Part shown: positions 30,799-41,035 of the stretch, piece by piece
Layout: each line of letters starts with the position of its first letter
Position numbering within the stretch: the stretch's first letter is position 1
Source of the DNA: a virus
Taxonomy: Duplodnaviria > Caudoviricetes
IMG/VR virus record: IMGVR_UViG_3300031857_000014
DNA: 64,000 bases
Strand: one strand, 5' to 3'
Notes under the pieces: model-generated
Database searches by the model: none
Seen by the model: the letters and a program-made list of their open reading frames with translations, nothing else
What the model was told of the DNA's origin: nothing
Position numbers and translations under genes: made by a program

Positions 30799-32811
30799 AT
30801 GTCAGTAGATTTTTTTGAAGAAGGTCCAACTTCAAACCAAAAGAAAGTAAAAAAAGGTTCTAACACACCTATTTTAGATAATTTTTCAAGGGATTTGATA
30901 AAATTAGCTGAAGAGGGTAAAATAGATCCGGTAATTGGTAGAGATATTGAAGTAAAAAGAATTGCACAAATATTATCTCGTAAAAAGAAAAATAATGTGG
31001 TAATTGTTGGAGACGCGGGAGTTGGTAAATCTGCGTTAGTTGAAAAACTAGCACTTATGATTTATAAAAATCAATGTCCACCAAATCTTTTAGAAAAAAG
31101 AATTATGTCTTTAGATTTGACATCACTTGTCGCTGGTACTAAATATAGGGGTCAATTTGAAGAAAGGATTAAAGCAATTCTTAACGAACTACAAGAAGCA
31201 CCTAATGTAATTGTTTTTATAGATGAATTACATACCATGATTGGAGCAGGAAACGCAAGTGGTTCAATGGATGCTGCCAACATATTAAAACCAGCATTAG
31301 CTCGAGGTGAAATTCAATGTATTGGTGCAACCACATTTGATGAATTTAAGAAACATATCGAAAAAGATAGTGCCTTGGTAAGAAGATTTCAAAAAATAAT
31401 TCTAAAAGAACCAACACAATCTGAAACAGTTGAAATTCTTAATAATATAAAAAATTCTTATCAGAATTATCATAAAGTATCATATGAAGAAGGGGTTATA
31501 GAAACAATTGTAAAATTATCAGGTAGATACATTACAGATAGACAATTTCCGGATAAAGCAATTGATGTTATGGATGAACTTGGTTCCGAGAAAAAAGTTT
31601 CTGATAAAATACCTGATTCAATAGATAAGATAAAAAAACAAGCGGAAGAATTAAAAGAAAAAAAATTAGAAGTTGTTAAATCACAAAACTATGAATTAGC
31701 TGCAAAACTTAGAGATGAAGAAAGAAAAATTTTAACATCATTAGAAGAAGAAAAACAAAAATGGAACAACATTAAAAAAGAGAACAAAATCCCAATTTCT
31801 ATTGATGATGTTTATCAAATTATATCTCAAATGACGGGTGTTCCTATTGCAAAATTGGATAGTAAAGAAACTGAAAAACTTTTAAAATTAGAAGAAATAC
31901 TAAGTAATAAAGTTATTGGTCAAGATGAAGCAATTTCAATCATATCCAAATCAATTAGGAGAAATAGAGTTGGAATCAAAGACGCAAACAAACCAATTGG
32001 TTCTTTTATATTTTTAGGTTCCACTGGAGTAGGTAAAACATTTTTAGCAAAATCACTTGCGGAAGTTTTGTTTGGTAATCCTGAAAACATGATTAGAATT
32101 GATATGAGTGAATATATGGAAAAACATAATTTATCAAGACTAATAGGTTCTCCTCCCGGATATGTGGGTTATGATGAAGGTGGACAATTAACAGAAAAAG
32201 TTAAAAACAATCCATTTTCAGTTATTCTATTTGATGAAATAGAAAAAGCTCATAAAGATGTGTTTAATCTTTTACTTCAAATTTTAGATGAAGGACATTT
32301 GACTGATTCCTTTGGTAGGAAAGTTAATTTTACAAATTGTCTAATTATTATGACATCAAATGTAGGTGCAAGAAAAATATCTGATTTTGGTGATGGTGTT
32401 GGTTTCGCAACTAAATCTACTGAACAACAAAAATATGAAGTTAGAAAATCAATAATTCAGAAGTCATTAAAACAACAATTTTCACCTGAGTTTTTGAATA
32501 GAATTGACGATATTATCCTCTTCAATTCTTTGAATAATGAAACACTTAAAAAAATTATTGATATAGAATTAAAATTACTTTCTAACAGATTACTTGAAAA
32601 AAACTACAAAATCAATTACGATATCTCTGTTGTTAACAAAATTTTTGATTTAAATTCACAAGAAGAATATGGTGCAAGACCATTAAAAAGAATTATCCAA
32701 AATTTATTGGAAGACTTTTTAAGCGAAGAAATTTTAAAAGGAAATATTGTGGAAAATAAACAAGTAACATTGAGGTACAAAAACGATAATCTAAAAATTT
32801 TTAAAAAATAA
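30799..32811 (+). CDS. ClpC/ClpB-like AAA+ ATPase lacking the N-terminal Clp-repeat domain
   Basis: Two P-loops ([16 protein letters not shown]), IDELH, PDKAID, a UVR-like [12 protein letters not shown] linker, GYVGYDEGG and GARPL. Confidence 0.93.
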   Translation: MSVDFFEEGPTSNQKKVKKGSNTPILDNFSRDLIKLAEEGKIDPVIGRDIEVKRIAQILSRKKKNNVVIVGDAGVGKSALVEKLALMIYKNQCPPNLLEKRIMSLDLTSLVAGTKYRGQFEERIKAILNELQEAPNVIVFIDELHTMIGAGNASGSMDAANILKPALARGEIQCIGATTFDEFKKHIEKDSALVRRFQKIILKEPTQSETVEILNNIKNSYQNYHKVSYEEGVIETIVKLSGRYITDRQFPDKAIDVMDELGSEKKVSDKIPDSIDKIKKQAEELKEKKLEVVKSQNYELAAKLRDEERKILTSLEEEKQKWNNIKKENKIPISIDDVYQIISQMTGVPIAKLDSKETEKLLKLEEILSNKVIGQDEAISIISKSIRRNRVGIKDANKPIGSFIFLGSTGVGKTFLAKSLAEVLFGNPENMIRIDMSEYMEKHNLSRLIGSPPGYVGYDEGGQLTEKVKNNPFSVILFDEIEKAHKDVFNLLLQILDEGHLTDSFGRKVNFTNCLIIMTSNVGARKISDFGDGVGFATKSTEQQKYEVRKSIIQKSLKQQFSPEFLNRIDDIILFNSLNNETLKKIIDIELKLLSNRLLEKNYKINYDISVVNKIFDLNSQEEYGARPLKRIIQNLLEDFLSEEILKGNIVENKQVTLRYKNDNLKIFKK

Positions 32812-32855
32812 TTTGGTAAATATTTGTTTTTTTGTAAAAACATATATATTTATAT

Positions 32856-32963
32856 TCTTGGAGGTTCTCTTTGTCGATTACCTTTTCGTTTTTTTTCATA
32901 AGTAAGTGGAGTTGAACCCACCGAAAGACCTTCTAACCCCGACATCTCGTTGGGGTTTTTTTA
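32856..32963 (+). ncRNA. candidate small RNA ending in an intrinsic terminator
   Basis: Intergenic segment richer in GC than its surroundings, after TATTTATA. Contains a GTGG/CCAC hairpin and the AACCCC...GGGGTT+U-tract terminator. Confidence 0.35.
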
Positions 32964-33005
32964 TAACATTTTTTTTTTCAAATCATTTTTGTTATATTTA
33001 ACAAT

Positions 33006-33197
33006 ATGAGAAAATATATTTTAATTTTTGTCGCATTTGCACTTGTTGCAATTGCTTCTTGTGGAACAGGGTCAACCACATCCGACACAACAGAAACAAC
33101 GGACTCAACAGTAGTCACAACTGACACAGTAATAAGTGAAAGTGTTGATACTACTAAAACAGAAGCTAAAAACTGTGCTGATAGCTGCAGTAAATAA
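33006..33197 (+). CDS. small Thr-rich lipoprotein
   Basis: MRK + hydrophobic stretch + IAS-C lipobox; mature part TTSDTTETTDST. Confidence 0.75.
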   Translation: MRKYILIFVAFALVAIASCGTGSTTSDTTETTDSTVVTTDTVISESVDTTKTEAKNCADSCSK

Positions 33198-33211
33198 TTT
33201 CTGAACCGATT

Positions 33212-33240
33212 AATAAGGCCGGTCAAACGGCCTTATTTTC
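33212..33240 (+). terminator. intrinsic terminator
   Basis: AATAAGGCCG-GTCAAA-CGGCCTTATT followed by TTC. Confidence 0.65.
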
Positions 33241-33276
33241 TTTCTCATTATTAACTAACCTTTTTATACTATAACT

Positions 33277-33699
33277 ATGACTAACACTAACTACGTGGGG
33301 GACTTAATCCTACTAAGAGGACTACCAGGTTCCGGTAAATCAACACTTGGTGAAATCATACTAACAAATTTTATAGATAAACCTGATGTTTTATCTGCTG
33401 ACGATTATTTTATAAATTCTGAAGGTAACTATGAATTTGATGGGTCGAAATTAAAAGAAGCTCACAATGATTGTCAACAAAGGTGCGCAAACAAAATGAG
33501 AAATGAGATTTTAAAGATAGTTGTTGCAAATACTTTTACTGAAGAATGGGAAATGGAAACATATTTTGAAATGGCTGAAAGATACAGATATAGGGTACAT
33601 ACCGTAATTGTGGAAAATAGACATGGTAATAAAAACATACATGATTGTCCCGAGGAAAAAGTATCACAAATGAAAAATCGATTTAACATAAAACTGTGA
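33277..33699 (+). CDS. P-loop polynucleotide-kinase-like protein (AAA_33/N4BP2-like)
   Basis: RGLPGSGKST, SADDYF, VVANTFT..WEM..Y, ENRHG..NIH.CP. Confidence 0.85.
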   Translation: MTNTNYVGDLILLRGLPGSGKSTLGEIILTNFIDKPDVLSADDYFINSEGNYEFDGSKLKEAHNDCQQRCANKMRNEILKIVVANTFTEEWEMETYFEMAERYRYRVHTVIVENRHGNKNIHDCPEEKVSQMKNRFNIKL

Positions 33700-33890
33700 A
33701 TAAATTTTTTTATCAAAAAGTTATCAACAAGTGGATTTTTAACATAATCCCGACCTTACATTTGTATTTCGAGTCACATTCTCCACTTGAACATAGACGA
33801 TTACTAAAAGACGGTATTACCGGGATTTTTTTAACCTTCTCTTGGGGTAAATGGGAATTCATTTTTGGGTACACAAAGAATTATGGATAA
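33696..33890 (+). CDS. small hypothetical protein
   Basis: 64-aa ORF with a GTG start, overlapping both neighbours. Confidence 0.5.
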   Translation: MNKFFYQKVINKWIFNIIPTLHLYFESHSPLEHRRLLKDGITGIFLTFSWGKWEFIFGYTKNYG

Positions 33891-34296
33891 AATAAGAATA
33901 TACTTAGATGATGTACGTACACCTAAACAGGATACTTGGGTAATTGCTAGAAATTATGATGAATTTGTAAAAATAGTAAATGAAAATGGGTTATCCTCAA
34001 TTGACTTCATTTCATTAGACCATGATTTAGGTGAAAGTGCAATGAAAGAATATTTCACAAACGTAAGCCCAAATTATAAATTGGATTACAATAATATTTC
34101 TGAAAAAACAGGATATGATTGTGCAAAATTTTTAGTTGATAAATCGATTCAAGATAACGTCCCTTTACCTCTAATATATGTACACTCCGCCAATCCAATA
34201 GGTTCTGCGAATATTATGGGGTACGTTAACAATTACTTAAAAAACTGTAGACTACCACAGACATGTGTTAGAATAAGAATAGATCATACAATATAA
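33883..34296 (+). CDS. cyclic-phosphate-processing receiver-domain protein
   Basis: IYLDDVR.P, ISLDHDLG, KTGYDCAKFL, VHSANPIG. Start at 33883. Confidence 0.8.
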   Translation: MDKIRIYLDDVRTPKQDTWVIARNYDEFVKIVNENGLSSIDFISLDHDLGESAMKEYFTNVSPNYKLDYNNISEKTGYDCAKFLVDKSIQDNVPLPLIYVHSANPIGSANIMGYVNNYLKNCRLPQTCVRIRIDHTI

Positions 34297-34314
34297 AATA
34301 ATAGACTAATTTAA

Positions 34315-34629
34315 ATGGCAAAGAAAAACTACTACAAAATTTTAGAATCAAAAGAAAAATTTGAAGATTTTACTGATTTTTATGATAAAAATAGACCTTA
34401 TATATTGAAAACAATAATTGAAGTTTTTGACGAATTTTTGAAAACAAAAAAACAAAAATTATCAATTCTTGTGGTTGGTAACATTCAAGGATTAGAATGG
34501 GATACTGAATTTCATTTTACAAGAAAAGATACAATTGTACTTAAAAGAGATGTGTTATCCTATTTTGAAGAAATTGAAGATTATGATACCTGTTGTATAG
34601 TAAGAGATTTATACAAAAAATTAACATAA
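34315..34629 (+). CDS. hypothetical protein
   Basis: 104-aa ORF. Confidence 0.75.
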   Translation: MAKKNYYKILESKEKFEDFTDFYDKNRPYILKTIIEVFDEFLKTKKQKLSILVVGNIQGLEWDTEFHFTRKDTIVLKRDVLSYFEEIEDYDTCCIVRDLYKKLT

Positions 34630-34630
34630 A

Positions 34631-34657
34631 AAAAAGTCGGATAATTTCCGACTTTTT
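34631..34657. terminator. bidirectional terminator
   Basis: AAAAAGTCGGA-TAATT-TCCGACTTTTT between convergent genes. Confidence 0.8.
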
Positions 34658-34665
34658 AATTATAT

Positions 34666-34944
34666 CTAAACTATTGGTTCTTCGGGGGTTTCAGAAATTA
34701 TAGTTGGTTCTTCTTTCTTTTTATGTGAAAATTTATCCAAACTATCAGCACCCATACCAATTGCGGTGATAATCATAACAGCATCGACTAATGAATCTGA
34801 TGGTTTTATGTCACCATGGGTAAATGAGTTTATTAACATTGTACCACATAGAAATATTGCACCTAAAAATGCAATTACCGGTTTAATTGATGTAGAACCT
34901 CTCTCGTCTTTAAAAAGTTCAATAATCCATTTTTTGAAAGTCAT
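34666..34944 (-). CDS. small two-TM membrane protein (holin-like topology)
   Basis: Two hydrophobic helices and a charged C-terminus. The holin role is a guess. Confidence 0.55.
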   Translation of the reverse strand: MTFKKWIIELFKDERGSTSIKPVIAFLGAIFLCGTMLINSFTHGDIKPSDSLVDAVMIITAIGMGADSLDKFSHKKKEEPTIISETPEEPIV

Positions 34945-34969
34945 TGTGTAAGTTTTTATTTGTGTTTAT

Positions 34970-35581
34970 TTATGATACTTTATATGCATCTCGTATTTTT
35001 TGAACCATAACTAAATCTCCCTTATTTGGTCCTGTTATAAATTCATAATATCTAATTTCACCTGTATTTGTTGGTTTTGACGCTTTACCTCTAAGTTGCA
35101 TATCATTTAATATCTTATTTTCGAAAGTACTTTTCACTAAATAACCTAAAGACGGTATATCTTTTTGTACATCATGAAATAATACAACCTTATTATTACG
35201 TTGAGTAGGTTGAGTTAATTTTATTGCTTCTGTATTTGAATTCTTTGCAATGGTATTAGTTTCTTCTGAAATTTTATTATCTACTATTTTAAAACCTAAT
35301 TCGTTAATAAAAGGTAATTTATACCCGGTTGAAATAATTGATTTTGATCCGGTATTTGGGTCAATTTTTTCTTCAAACGATTCAAATCTATTACCACTTT
35401 TTTTAAAATACATATATCCTGGTTCTTCAATTAATGGGTCATCTGAATAAAGTTGTAAATAGTATTCGTATGTATTATCAGGTTTAGTTGATTTCATTTC
35501 TTGAGGTACTTCAGCCTCTTTTAACATATACAATTTTTTTATGTGATTTCTGTCATTTTCGTTTAAAATAAATCTATTCAT
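34970..35581 (-). CDS. hypothetical protein
   Basis: 203 aa; N-terminal ILNENDRNHIKKLYMLKE pattern. Confidence 0.75.
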   Translation of the reverse strand: MNRFILNENDRNHIKKLYMLKEAEVPQEMKSTKPDNTYEYYLQLYSDDPLIEEPGYMYFKKSGNRFESFEEKIDPNTGSKSIISTGYKLPFINELGFKIVDNKISEETNTIAKNSNTEAIKLTQPTQRNNKVVLFHDVQKDIPSLGYLVKSTFENKILNDMQLRGKASKPTNTGEIRYYEFITGPNKGDLVMVQKIRDAYKVS

Positions 35582-35661
35582 GTAAAATATTTTTAAATAA
35601 ATATTTGGTTATTTGGAAACAAACCCCTAATTTTGATATTAGAATCAAAAAAACCATTATT

Positions 35662-36024
35662 ATGAAAAAGTCATTACTAACGATTTTTGTGTTTATTTTT
35701 TCTTTGGTTAAAATGAACGCTCAAAATTTACGCAGTGAAATGACACCAGAGTCGTATCAAAAATTGACAGAAAGTCAAAAAGAATTGTATAAACAGTGTT
35801 TATCTGAATCGGGATTAGATGAAAAAGATATAATTTGGTTAAAAGATAGTACCTATGAAAATCTTATTTCAGATTATAAATATTATAGTACAAAAGTCAT
35901 CATAAAAAACAAAAATGATAAGAAAAATCAAACACATGTAATTTGTGGTAGGTATGAATTAAAAACCCCACAATGTTTGTATTTTGTAAATGATAATGAA
36001 GTTATTTTACAGATTTATTTTTAA
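35662..36024 (+). CDS. exported hypothetical protein
   Basis: MKKSLLTIFVFIFSLVKMNA-Q signal peptide of Bacteroidota style. Confidence 0.7.
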   Translation: MKKSLLTIFVFIFSLVKMNAQNLRSEMTPESYQKLTESQKELYKQCLSESGLDEKDIIWLKDSTYENLISDYKYYSTKVIIKNKNDKKNQTHVICGRYELKTPQCLYFVNDNEVILQIYF

Positions 36025-36101
36025 ATAAAAAAATATTATTTTTTCTCTTTTGATTTTGTTTGTGTTATTTATTATTAGATAAATTTCACAAACAATTTTT
36101 T

Positions 36102-37163
36102 ATGCCCAAACCAAAAGTACTCTTCATTTTAAAGAGAAGACATGATTACAATTCAGAAAAACATTCAAATGTTAATATGAGCACCGGTTTATATAATTCG
36201 GCGTTTTTTATGAATGAAATGATAAATGAATTGGGAATAAAATCTGAAATTGTTGTGGTAGTAGATAACAATTGTATTGATAAAGAAGTAACAAAATACA
36301 AACCTACTCATGTAATAATAGAAGCATTATGGGTTGTTCCTGATAAATTTTATGTTCTCACAAAACTACATCCTAATGTTAAATGGATTATTAGACTGCA
36401 CAGTGAAATTCCATTTTTAGCAAATGAAGGTTCTGCTTTTAATTGGTTAGGTGACTACATGACTTATAAAAATGTGATAATTGCAACAAATGCACCAAGA
36501 ACTTATAAGGAAATGAAGTTTTATCTTAAACACAAATTAAATTGTAATAGTGAAATTGTTGAAAACAAAGTAACGTATCTCCCAAATTATTATCCACAAC
36601 AATACATTGACAAAAAATTCAATAGAAACAAAGAATATATTGATATCTGTTCTTTTGGTGCAATTAGACCATTAAAAAATCAACTTTTACAAGCAATTGC
36701 TGCTGTTAAGTTTGCGGAAAAAATAGGTAAAAAATTAAGATTTCATATCAATTCAGGTAGGGTTGAACAAAAAGGTAATTCTGTTTTAAAAAATATGATG
36801 AGTTTATTTGAACATTTATATGACGAAGGTCATGAATTAATTAATCATGAATGGATGCCAAGAGAAGAATTTTTAGAATTATGTTCAAAAATGGATATTG
36901 GTATGCAAGTTTCATTATCTGAAACATTTAATATAGTTGGTGCAGACTTAGTAAGTCAAGGAATTCCATTAGTGGCGTCTCACGAAATCCCTTGGGCCAA
37001 TTCTTGGTTTTGTTCTAACCCTGTAGATAGTGAAGATATGGTACGAAAATTAATGTTTAGTTATAATTTTCCAAAATTAAATGTACTAACTAATCAATAT
37101 TTTTTAAAAAGTTACACAAATAAAACAAAAAAGATTTGGAAAAACTATTTATTAAAAAAGTAA
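36102..37163 (+). CDS. glycosyltransferase (GT4-like)
   Basis: FGAIRPLKNQ, MDIGMQVSLSETFNIVGAD..SQGIPLV. Start placed at 36102. Confidence 0.8.
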   Translation: MPKPKVLFILKRRHDYNSEKHSNVNMSTGLYNSAFFMNEMINELGIKSEIVVVVDNNCIDKEVTKYKPTHVIIEALWVVPDKFYVLTKLHPNVKWIIRLHSEIPFLANEGSAFNWLGDYMTYKNVIIATNAPRTYKEMKFYLKHKLNCNSEIVENKVTYLPNYYPQQYIDKKFNRNKEYIDICSFGAIRPLKNQLLQAIAAVKFAEKIGKKLRFHINSGRVEQKGNSVLKNMMSLFEHLYDEGHELINHEWMPREEFLELCSKMDIGMQVSLSETFNIVGADLVSQGIPLVASHEIPWANSWFCSNPVDSEDMVRKLMFSYNFPKLNVLTNQYFLKSYTNKTKKIWKNYLLKK

Positions 37164-37164
37164 A

Positions 37165-37374
37165 ATGAAAGAAAATAAAAAATTTAGAATAGAAGTTTTT
37201 ATTTGGAAAGACGGTAGATTAAAAAAATTGGTTCATTATTTTTTAAATGAGAATAGAGCAGTTAGATACGCTAAAAGATTATTACACAAAACCAAAGTTT
37301 ACGATGAAAACGGTGAAATGATTTGTCAATATTATGGTGGAGAAATTATGGATTCAGATGAATCTTATTCATAA
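37165..37374 (+). CDS. hypothetical protein
   Basis: 69-aa ORF. Confidence 0.65.
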   Translation: MKENKKFRIEVFIWKDGRLKKLVHYFLNENRAVRYAKRLLHKTKVYDENGEMICQYYGGEIMDSDESYS

Positions 37375-37384
37375 ATTTATGTTG

Positions 37385-37999
37385 TTAAGGTATACTACAT
37401 AAATTTTGATTAGATAATGTCGAAGAATTAACTGTCCATACGTTTATACCATCAGAATAGTAACCGTTACTCACTTGTGTAGTTAATTCCATATCAGTAA
37501 ATATTGTTACACCGTTTGATAGTAATGATGAACTTGAATAATATGCATTAGTTGTGGGATATATTGTACATGCATCGTTTTCGGTGACATCACTAAAAGA
37601 TAAGTCAAAAACATAAAAAACAGTTGTTGGTGTTGGTGTAGATGTTGGACTAAGTGTTGGTGTAGGCGTTGGAGTAGGATTAGGTACCCAAGGTAATGGT
37701 AAATTAATAATTGGAGGATTTATTAAATCCTCTATTTTTTTGTTTAATATTGATTGTAATTGATTGACATTTGTACTTGTATTTAACCAATAATCCGCAA
37801 TATTTTTTGTTATACTTTCATAAGGTACATAAGTATCACTATTAACTTCAGAACTAAATTCAGTGTATCCTTTAATTGTTGAGGTATAACCACTTTCATT
37901 ATCCGCCAAATAATCCCAATATATTATATAAACAAAATTTTCTAAACCTTCAAAAACCGGTTTAACATCAATTTTATTTATTATCCATTCGTATTTCAT
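37385..37999 (-). CDS. fibre-associated hypothetical protein with a PT-repeat linker
   Basis: MKYEWIINKIDV...LPLPW domain, then PTPTPTPT, then a second domain. Downstream of the fibre genes. Confidence 0.65.
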   Translation of the reverse strand: MKYEWIINKIDVKPVFEGLENFVYIIYWDYLADNESGYTSTIKGYTEFSSEVNSDTYVPYESITKNIADYWLNTSTNVNQLQSILNKKIEDLINPPIINLPLPWVPNPTPTPTPTLSPTSTPTPTTVFYVFDLSFSDVTENDACTIYPTTNAYYSSSSLLSNGVTIFTDMELTTQVSNGYYSDGINVWTVNSSTLSNQNLCSIP

Positions 38000-38020
38000 T
38001 TAAATTGTTTTTAATAAATA

Positions 38021-39022
38021 TTACCAAGTATAAACCCTAACTTCACCTCTACCACCATTACCTCCGTTACCACCATTACCTGTACCCGTCGCGGCACCAC
38101 CACCACCTCCTCCACCACCACATGCGCCACCATTACCACCTACGGCACCTGAAACGTTTCCGGTACCAGTACCTGCACCTCCACCACCACCACCGGAACC
38201 ACATTTTAAAGAATTTCCGTCTGAACCCGTACTACCTGATGTTGGTGCGGTTGAACTATTAGTTCCCACTGCACCACCACCACCATTTGTGTAAGATTGT
38301 GAACTACCACCAGCACTCCCAACTAATCCTCCATTACCTGTACCCACAAGACCACCATAACCACCACCACCTGCGCCATATATTGATGAACCTCCGGGAG
38401 AGGATACCGAAATTGTATTATTAGTTCTACCACCACCAGCACCACCACCATATTCACCATTCCCTGTCGTAGTGGCACCTTGACTACTCGCACCTTGACC
38501 TCCAATCGCTGTTAGTATTGATGTTCCGGGTAAACCTCCACCACGTACAGTTGATACCGCCGTTCCTGTTAATCCCGAACTACCTGTGCCACCACCTCCA
38601 CCTCCACCATGTGCGGTAGCAGTTACTTGTCCACCACTACCACCTCCACCACCATACGCAATAGTTTGAGTTAAACCTGTACTAAATGATGATGATTCAC
38701 CCGTATTTCCACTAATTCCTACAGTATTTGTAGTAGTTGAACCAGCACCGCCAGTACCGCCAGCACCAACATAAACAGATTCAGTTGAATTTAATAATGA
38801 CGCTAAATATGTTCTTGTTGATATTGCACCACCACCACCACCAGCACCACCTAATCTGTTAGTACCTGCGTTATTTTTTGCTCCTCCACCACCTCCACCA
38901 CCAGCGCCAACACAAACCACATACACAACTTTTGCACCTGTCGGTTTTGTCCAAGTGTTTATACCTGTTCCTGTAAAAATTTGAACATTAGGTACTGAAT
39001 TTATTGAGTTATTAAATGACAT
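38021..39022 (-). CDS. glycine-rich protein, paralogue 3 (fibre-associated)
   Basis: TWTKPTG..VYVVCVGAGGGGGG...GGRGEVRVYTW. Confidence 0.85.
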   Translation of the reverse strand: MSFNNSINSVPNVQIFTGTGINTWTKPTGAKVVYVVCVGAGGGGGGGAKNNAGTNRLGGAGGGGGAISTRTYLASLLNSTESVYVGAGGTGGAGSTTTNTVGISGNTGESSSFSTGLTQTIAYGGGGGSGGQVTATAHGGGGGGGTGSSGLTGTAVSTVRGGGLPGTSILTAIGGQGASSQGATTTGNGEYGGGAGGGRTNNTISVSSPGGSSIYGAGGGGYGGLVGTGNGGLVGSAGGSSQSYTNGGGGAVGTNSSTAPTSGSTGSDGNSLKCGSGGGGGGAGTGTGNVSGAVGGNGGACGGGGGGGGAATGTGNGGNGGNGGRGEVRVYTW

Positions 39023-39028
39023 AAAAAT

Positions 39029-40024
39029 TTACCAACTATATACAATTATTTTACCATTTCCACCTTTTCCACCATCGCCACCTCTCGCACCGAAACCAAA
39101 ACCACCACCTCCACCACCTCCTCCCGGATATCCACCATCACCACCATTTGCACCTCTTGTTGTTGTGTTTGTTGAACCACCTCCACCACCACCACCATTT
39201 CCACAATAAATACCAGTATCACTTGTCGTTCCCGATGTACCAACAGTACCTATAGCACCATTCGTACCGGCAGAACCACCGTTACCTGCTGTGTATGATG
39301 ATGAAGAACCACCATTAGTAGGTGCAAAAGATGAACCACCTGACCTTGATCCACCATTCCCACCACCACCACCACCAAATAATGAACTTCCTCCGTTATA
39401 TTGAACATATAATGCACTATGACCTCCACCACCAGCACCACCGTACTCGGCGGTACCACCATTTGAATTTGTTTGTGAGTTACCTCCTTGACCGGAATTA
39501 GCAACATTTGATGTTGCTCCCGGAAGACCTCCTGAAAGACTAGATGCTGAAGAGGAATTACCTGCACTTCCACTACCACCACCAGAACCACCTGACAATG
39601 CGGATGCAATAATGTCACTGAATCCACCACCAGCACCACCACCAAAAGCAGTTAAGTAAACTGTTGAACCTGTACCAAATGTTGAGTTTCCACCAACAGT
39701 CGCGGCGGTAATTGGATTTAATCCGCCACCATGTAATCCACCTCCACCACCAGTACCTCCAGATGCCACAAAAATTGGTACTACCGATGGTAAATCAGAC
39801 GCAGTAAACATTTTAAAACAAACTGCACCACCACCTCCTCCAGTACCACCAGCTTGGTTATCTGTAGATGTGGTTGAAGCATAACCACCACCACCACCAC
39901 CACCTCCACCAATACAAACAACAAATACAAATTGAACACCCGTAGGTTTTGTCCAAGTTGTGAAACCTGTTGTTGTGTATATATCTACACTTCTTGCACT
40001 ATTTATTACGTTATTTATTGACAT
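39029..40024 (-). CDS. glycine-rich protein, paralogue 2
   Basis: TWTKPTG..VFVVCIGGGGGGGG...GGNGKIIVYSW. Confidence 0.85.
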   Translation of the reverse strand: MSINNVINSARSVDIYTTTGFTTWTKPTGVQFVFVVCIGGGGGGGGGYASTTSTDNQAGGTGGGGGAVCFKMFTASDLPSVVPIFVASGGTGGGGGLHGGGLNPITAATVGGNSTFGTGSTVYLTAFGGGAGGGFSDIIASALSGGSGGGSGSAGNSSSASSLSGGLPGATSNVANSGQGGNSQTNSNGGTAEYGGAGGGGHSALYVQYNGGSSLFGGGGGGNGGSRSGGSSFAPTNGGSSSSYTAGNGGSAGTNGAIGTVGTSGTTSDTGIYCGNGGGGGGGSTNTTTRGANGGDGGYPGGGGGGGGFGFGARGGDGGKGGNGKIIVYSW

Positions 40025-40035
40025 TTTATTTTAAT

Positions 40036-41031
40036 TTACCAAGAATAAACTCTAATCTCACCAATTCCACCGGTTCCTCCGGCACCCCCAATGGCACCTC
40101 CTGAATTACCGCCGCCACCACCTCCTCCGCCACCTCCGCCAGGCGTACCACCATTACCACCTCTTCCTCCTGATACAGTTGTTGATGTAGAACAACCACC
40201 ACCCCCACCGCCATCACCAGCAGCAATACCAACACGACTAGTTCCTGTTGAACCTGAAGTTGGTGGATTACCAGTTGTTCCACTTAACCCTCCTGTACCA
40301 CCAGTATAAATACCTGACGCACCTCCTGAACTTGGTTGTCTTGTATAACTAATACCACCAAAACCACCACATCCTCCGCCACCGCCACCAAATAAAGAAC
40401 ACCCTCCTTGAAATACTGTTACTCCACTGGCAGTGTATGCTCCCCCACCGGCACCACCATATTCAGCAGATGCTCCACCAAATGTTGAGTTTGATGCACC
40501 TCCTGTACCACCGATTGAAAGAGAAGTTGATGCTGACGATTGTGGGTTACCTCCAGCAACACTTGTTGAGTTTGACGCAGCATTCGTACCAACACTAGCG
40601 GTACCACCACCTCCACCACCACATGCTGCCGACTGAACAGTAACAAATCCACCTCCTCCACCACCGCCACCATATGCAACTAATAAAGTTGAACCTGAAC
40701 TAAATCTTGAATTACCACCACCAGTACCCGCATTTCCATTACCCGTTGTCCCTGCACCACCTGTACCTCCTGATGCTACAATTACAGTTTCTGATGAGGA
40801 TAATTCAGATGCGGTGTAGAGTCTTGAAACAAAAGCACCACCGCCGCCTCCTTTACCTGATTGTCTAATACCATTAGATGCGTTACCTCCACCACTTCCA
40901 CCACCACCACCGCCGCCTATACAAACAACATATACAAACTTAACACCTGTAGGTTTTGTCCAAGTTGTTGTTCCTACACCTGAAAATATTTGAGTATCTA
41001 TTATTTCGTTTATAGAATTATTAAATGACAT
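40036..41031 (-). CDS. glycine-rich protein, paralogue 1
   Basis: TWTKPTG..VYVVCIGGGGGGG...GGIGEIRVYSW. Confidence 0.85.
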   Translation of the reverse strand: MSFNNSINEIIDTQIFSGVGTTTWTKPTGVKFVYVVCIGGGGGGGSGGGNASNGIRQSGKGGGGGAFVSRLYTASELSSSETVIVASGGTGGAGTTGNGNAGTGGGNSRFSSGSTLLVAYGGGGGGGGFVTVQSAACGGGGGGTASVGTNAASNSTSVAGGNPQSSASTSLSIGGTGGASNSTFGGASAEYGGAGGGAYTASGVTVFQGGCSLFGGGGGGCGGFGGISYTRQPSSGGASGIYTGGTGGLSGTTGNPPTSGSTGTSRVGIAAGDGGGGGGCSTSTTVSGGRGGNGGTPGGGGGGGGGGGNSGGAIGGAGGTGGIGEIRVYSW

Positions 41032-41035
41032 ATTT

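Noticed and set aside
38323-40679. Poly-Pro and poly-Val alternative ORFs
   Set aside because: They are frame or strand shadows of GGN-rich glycine codons.
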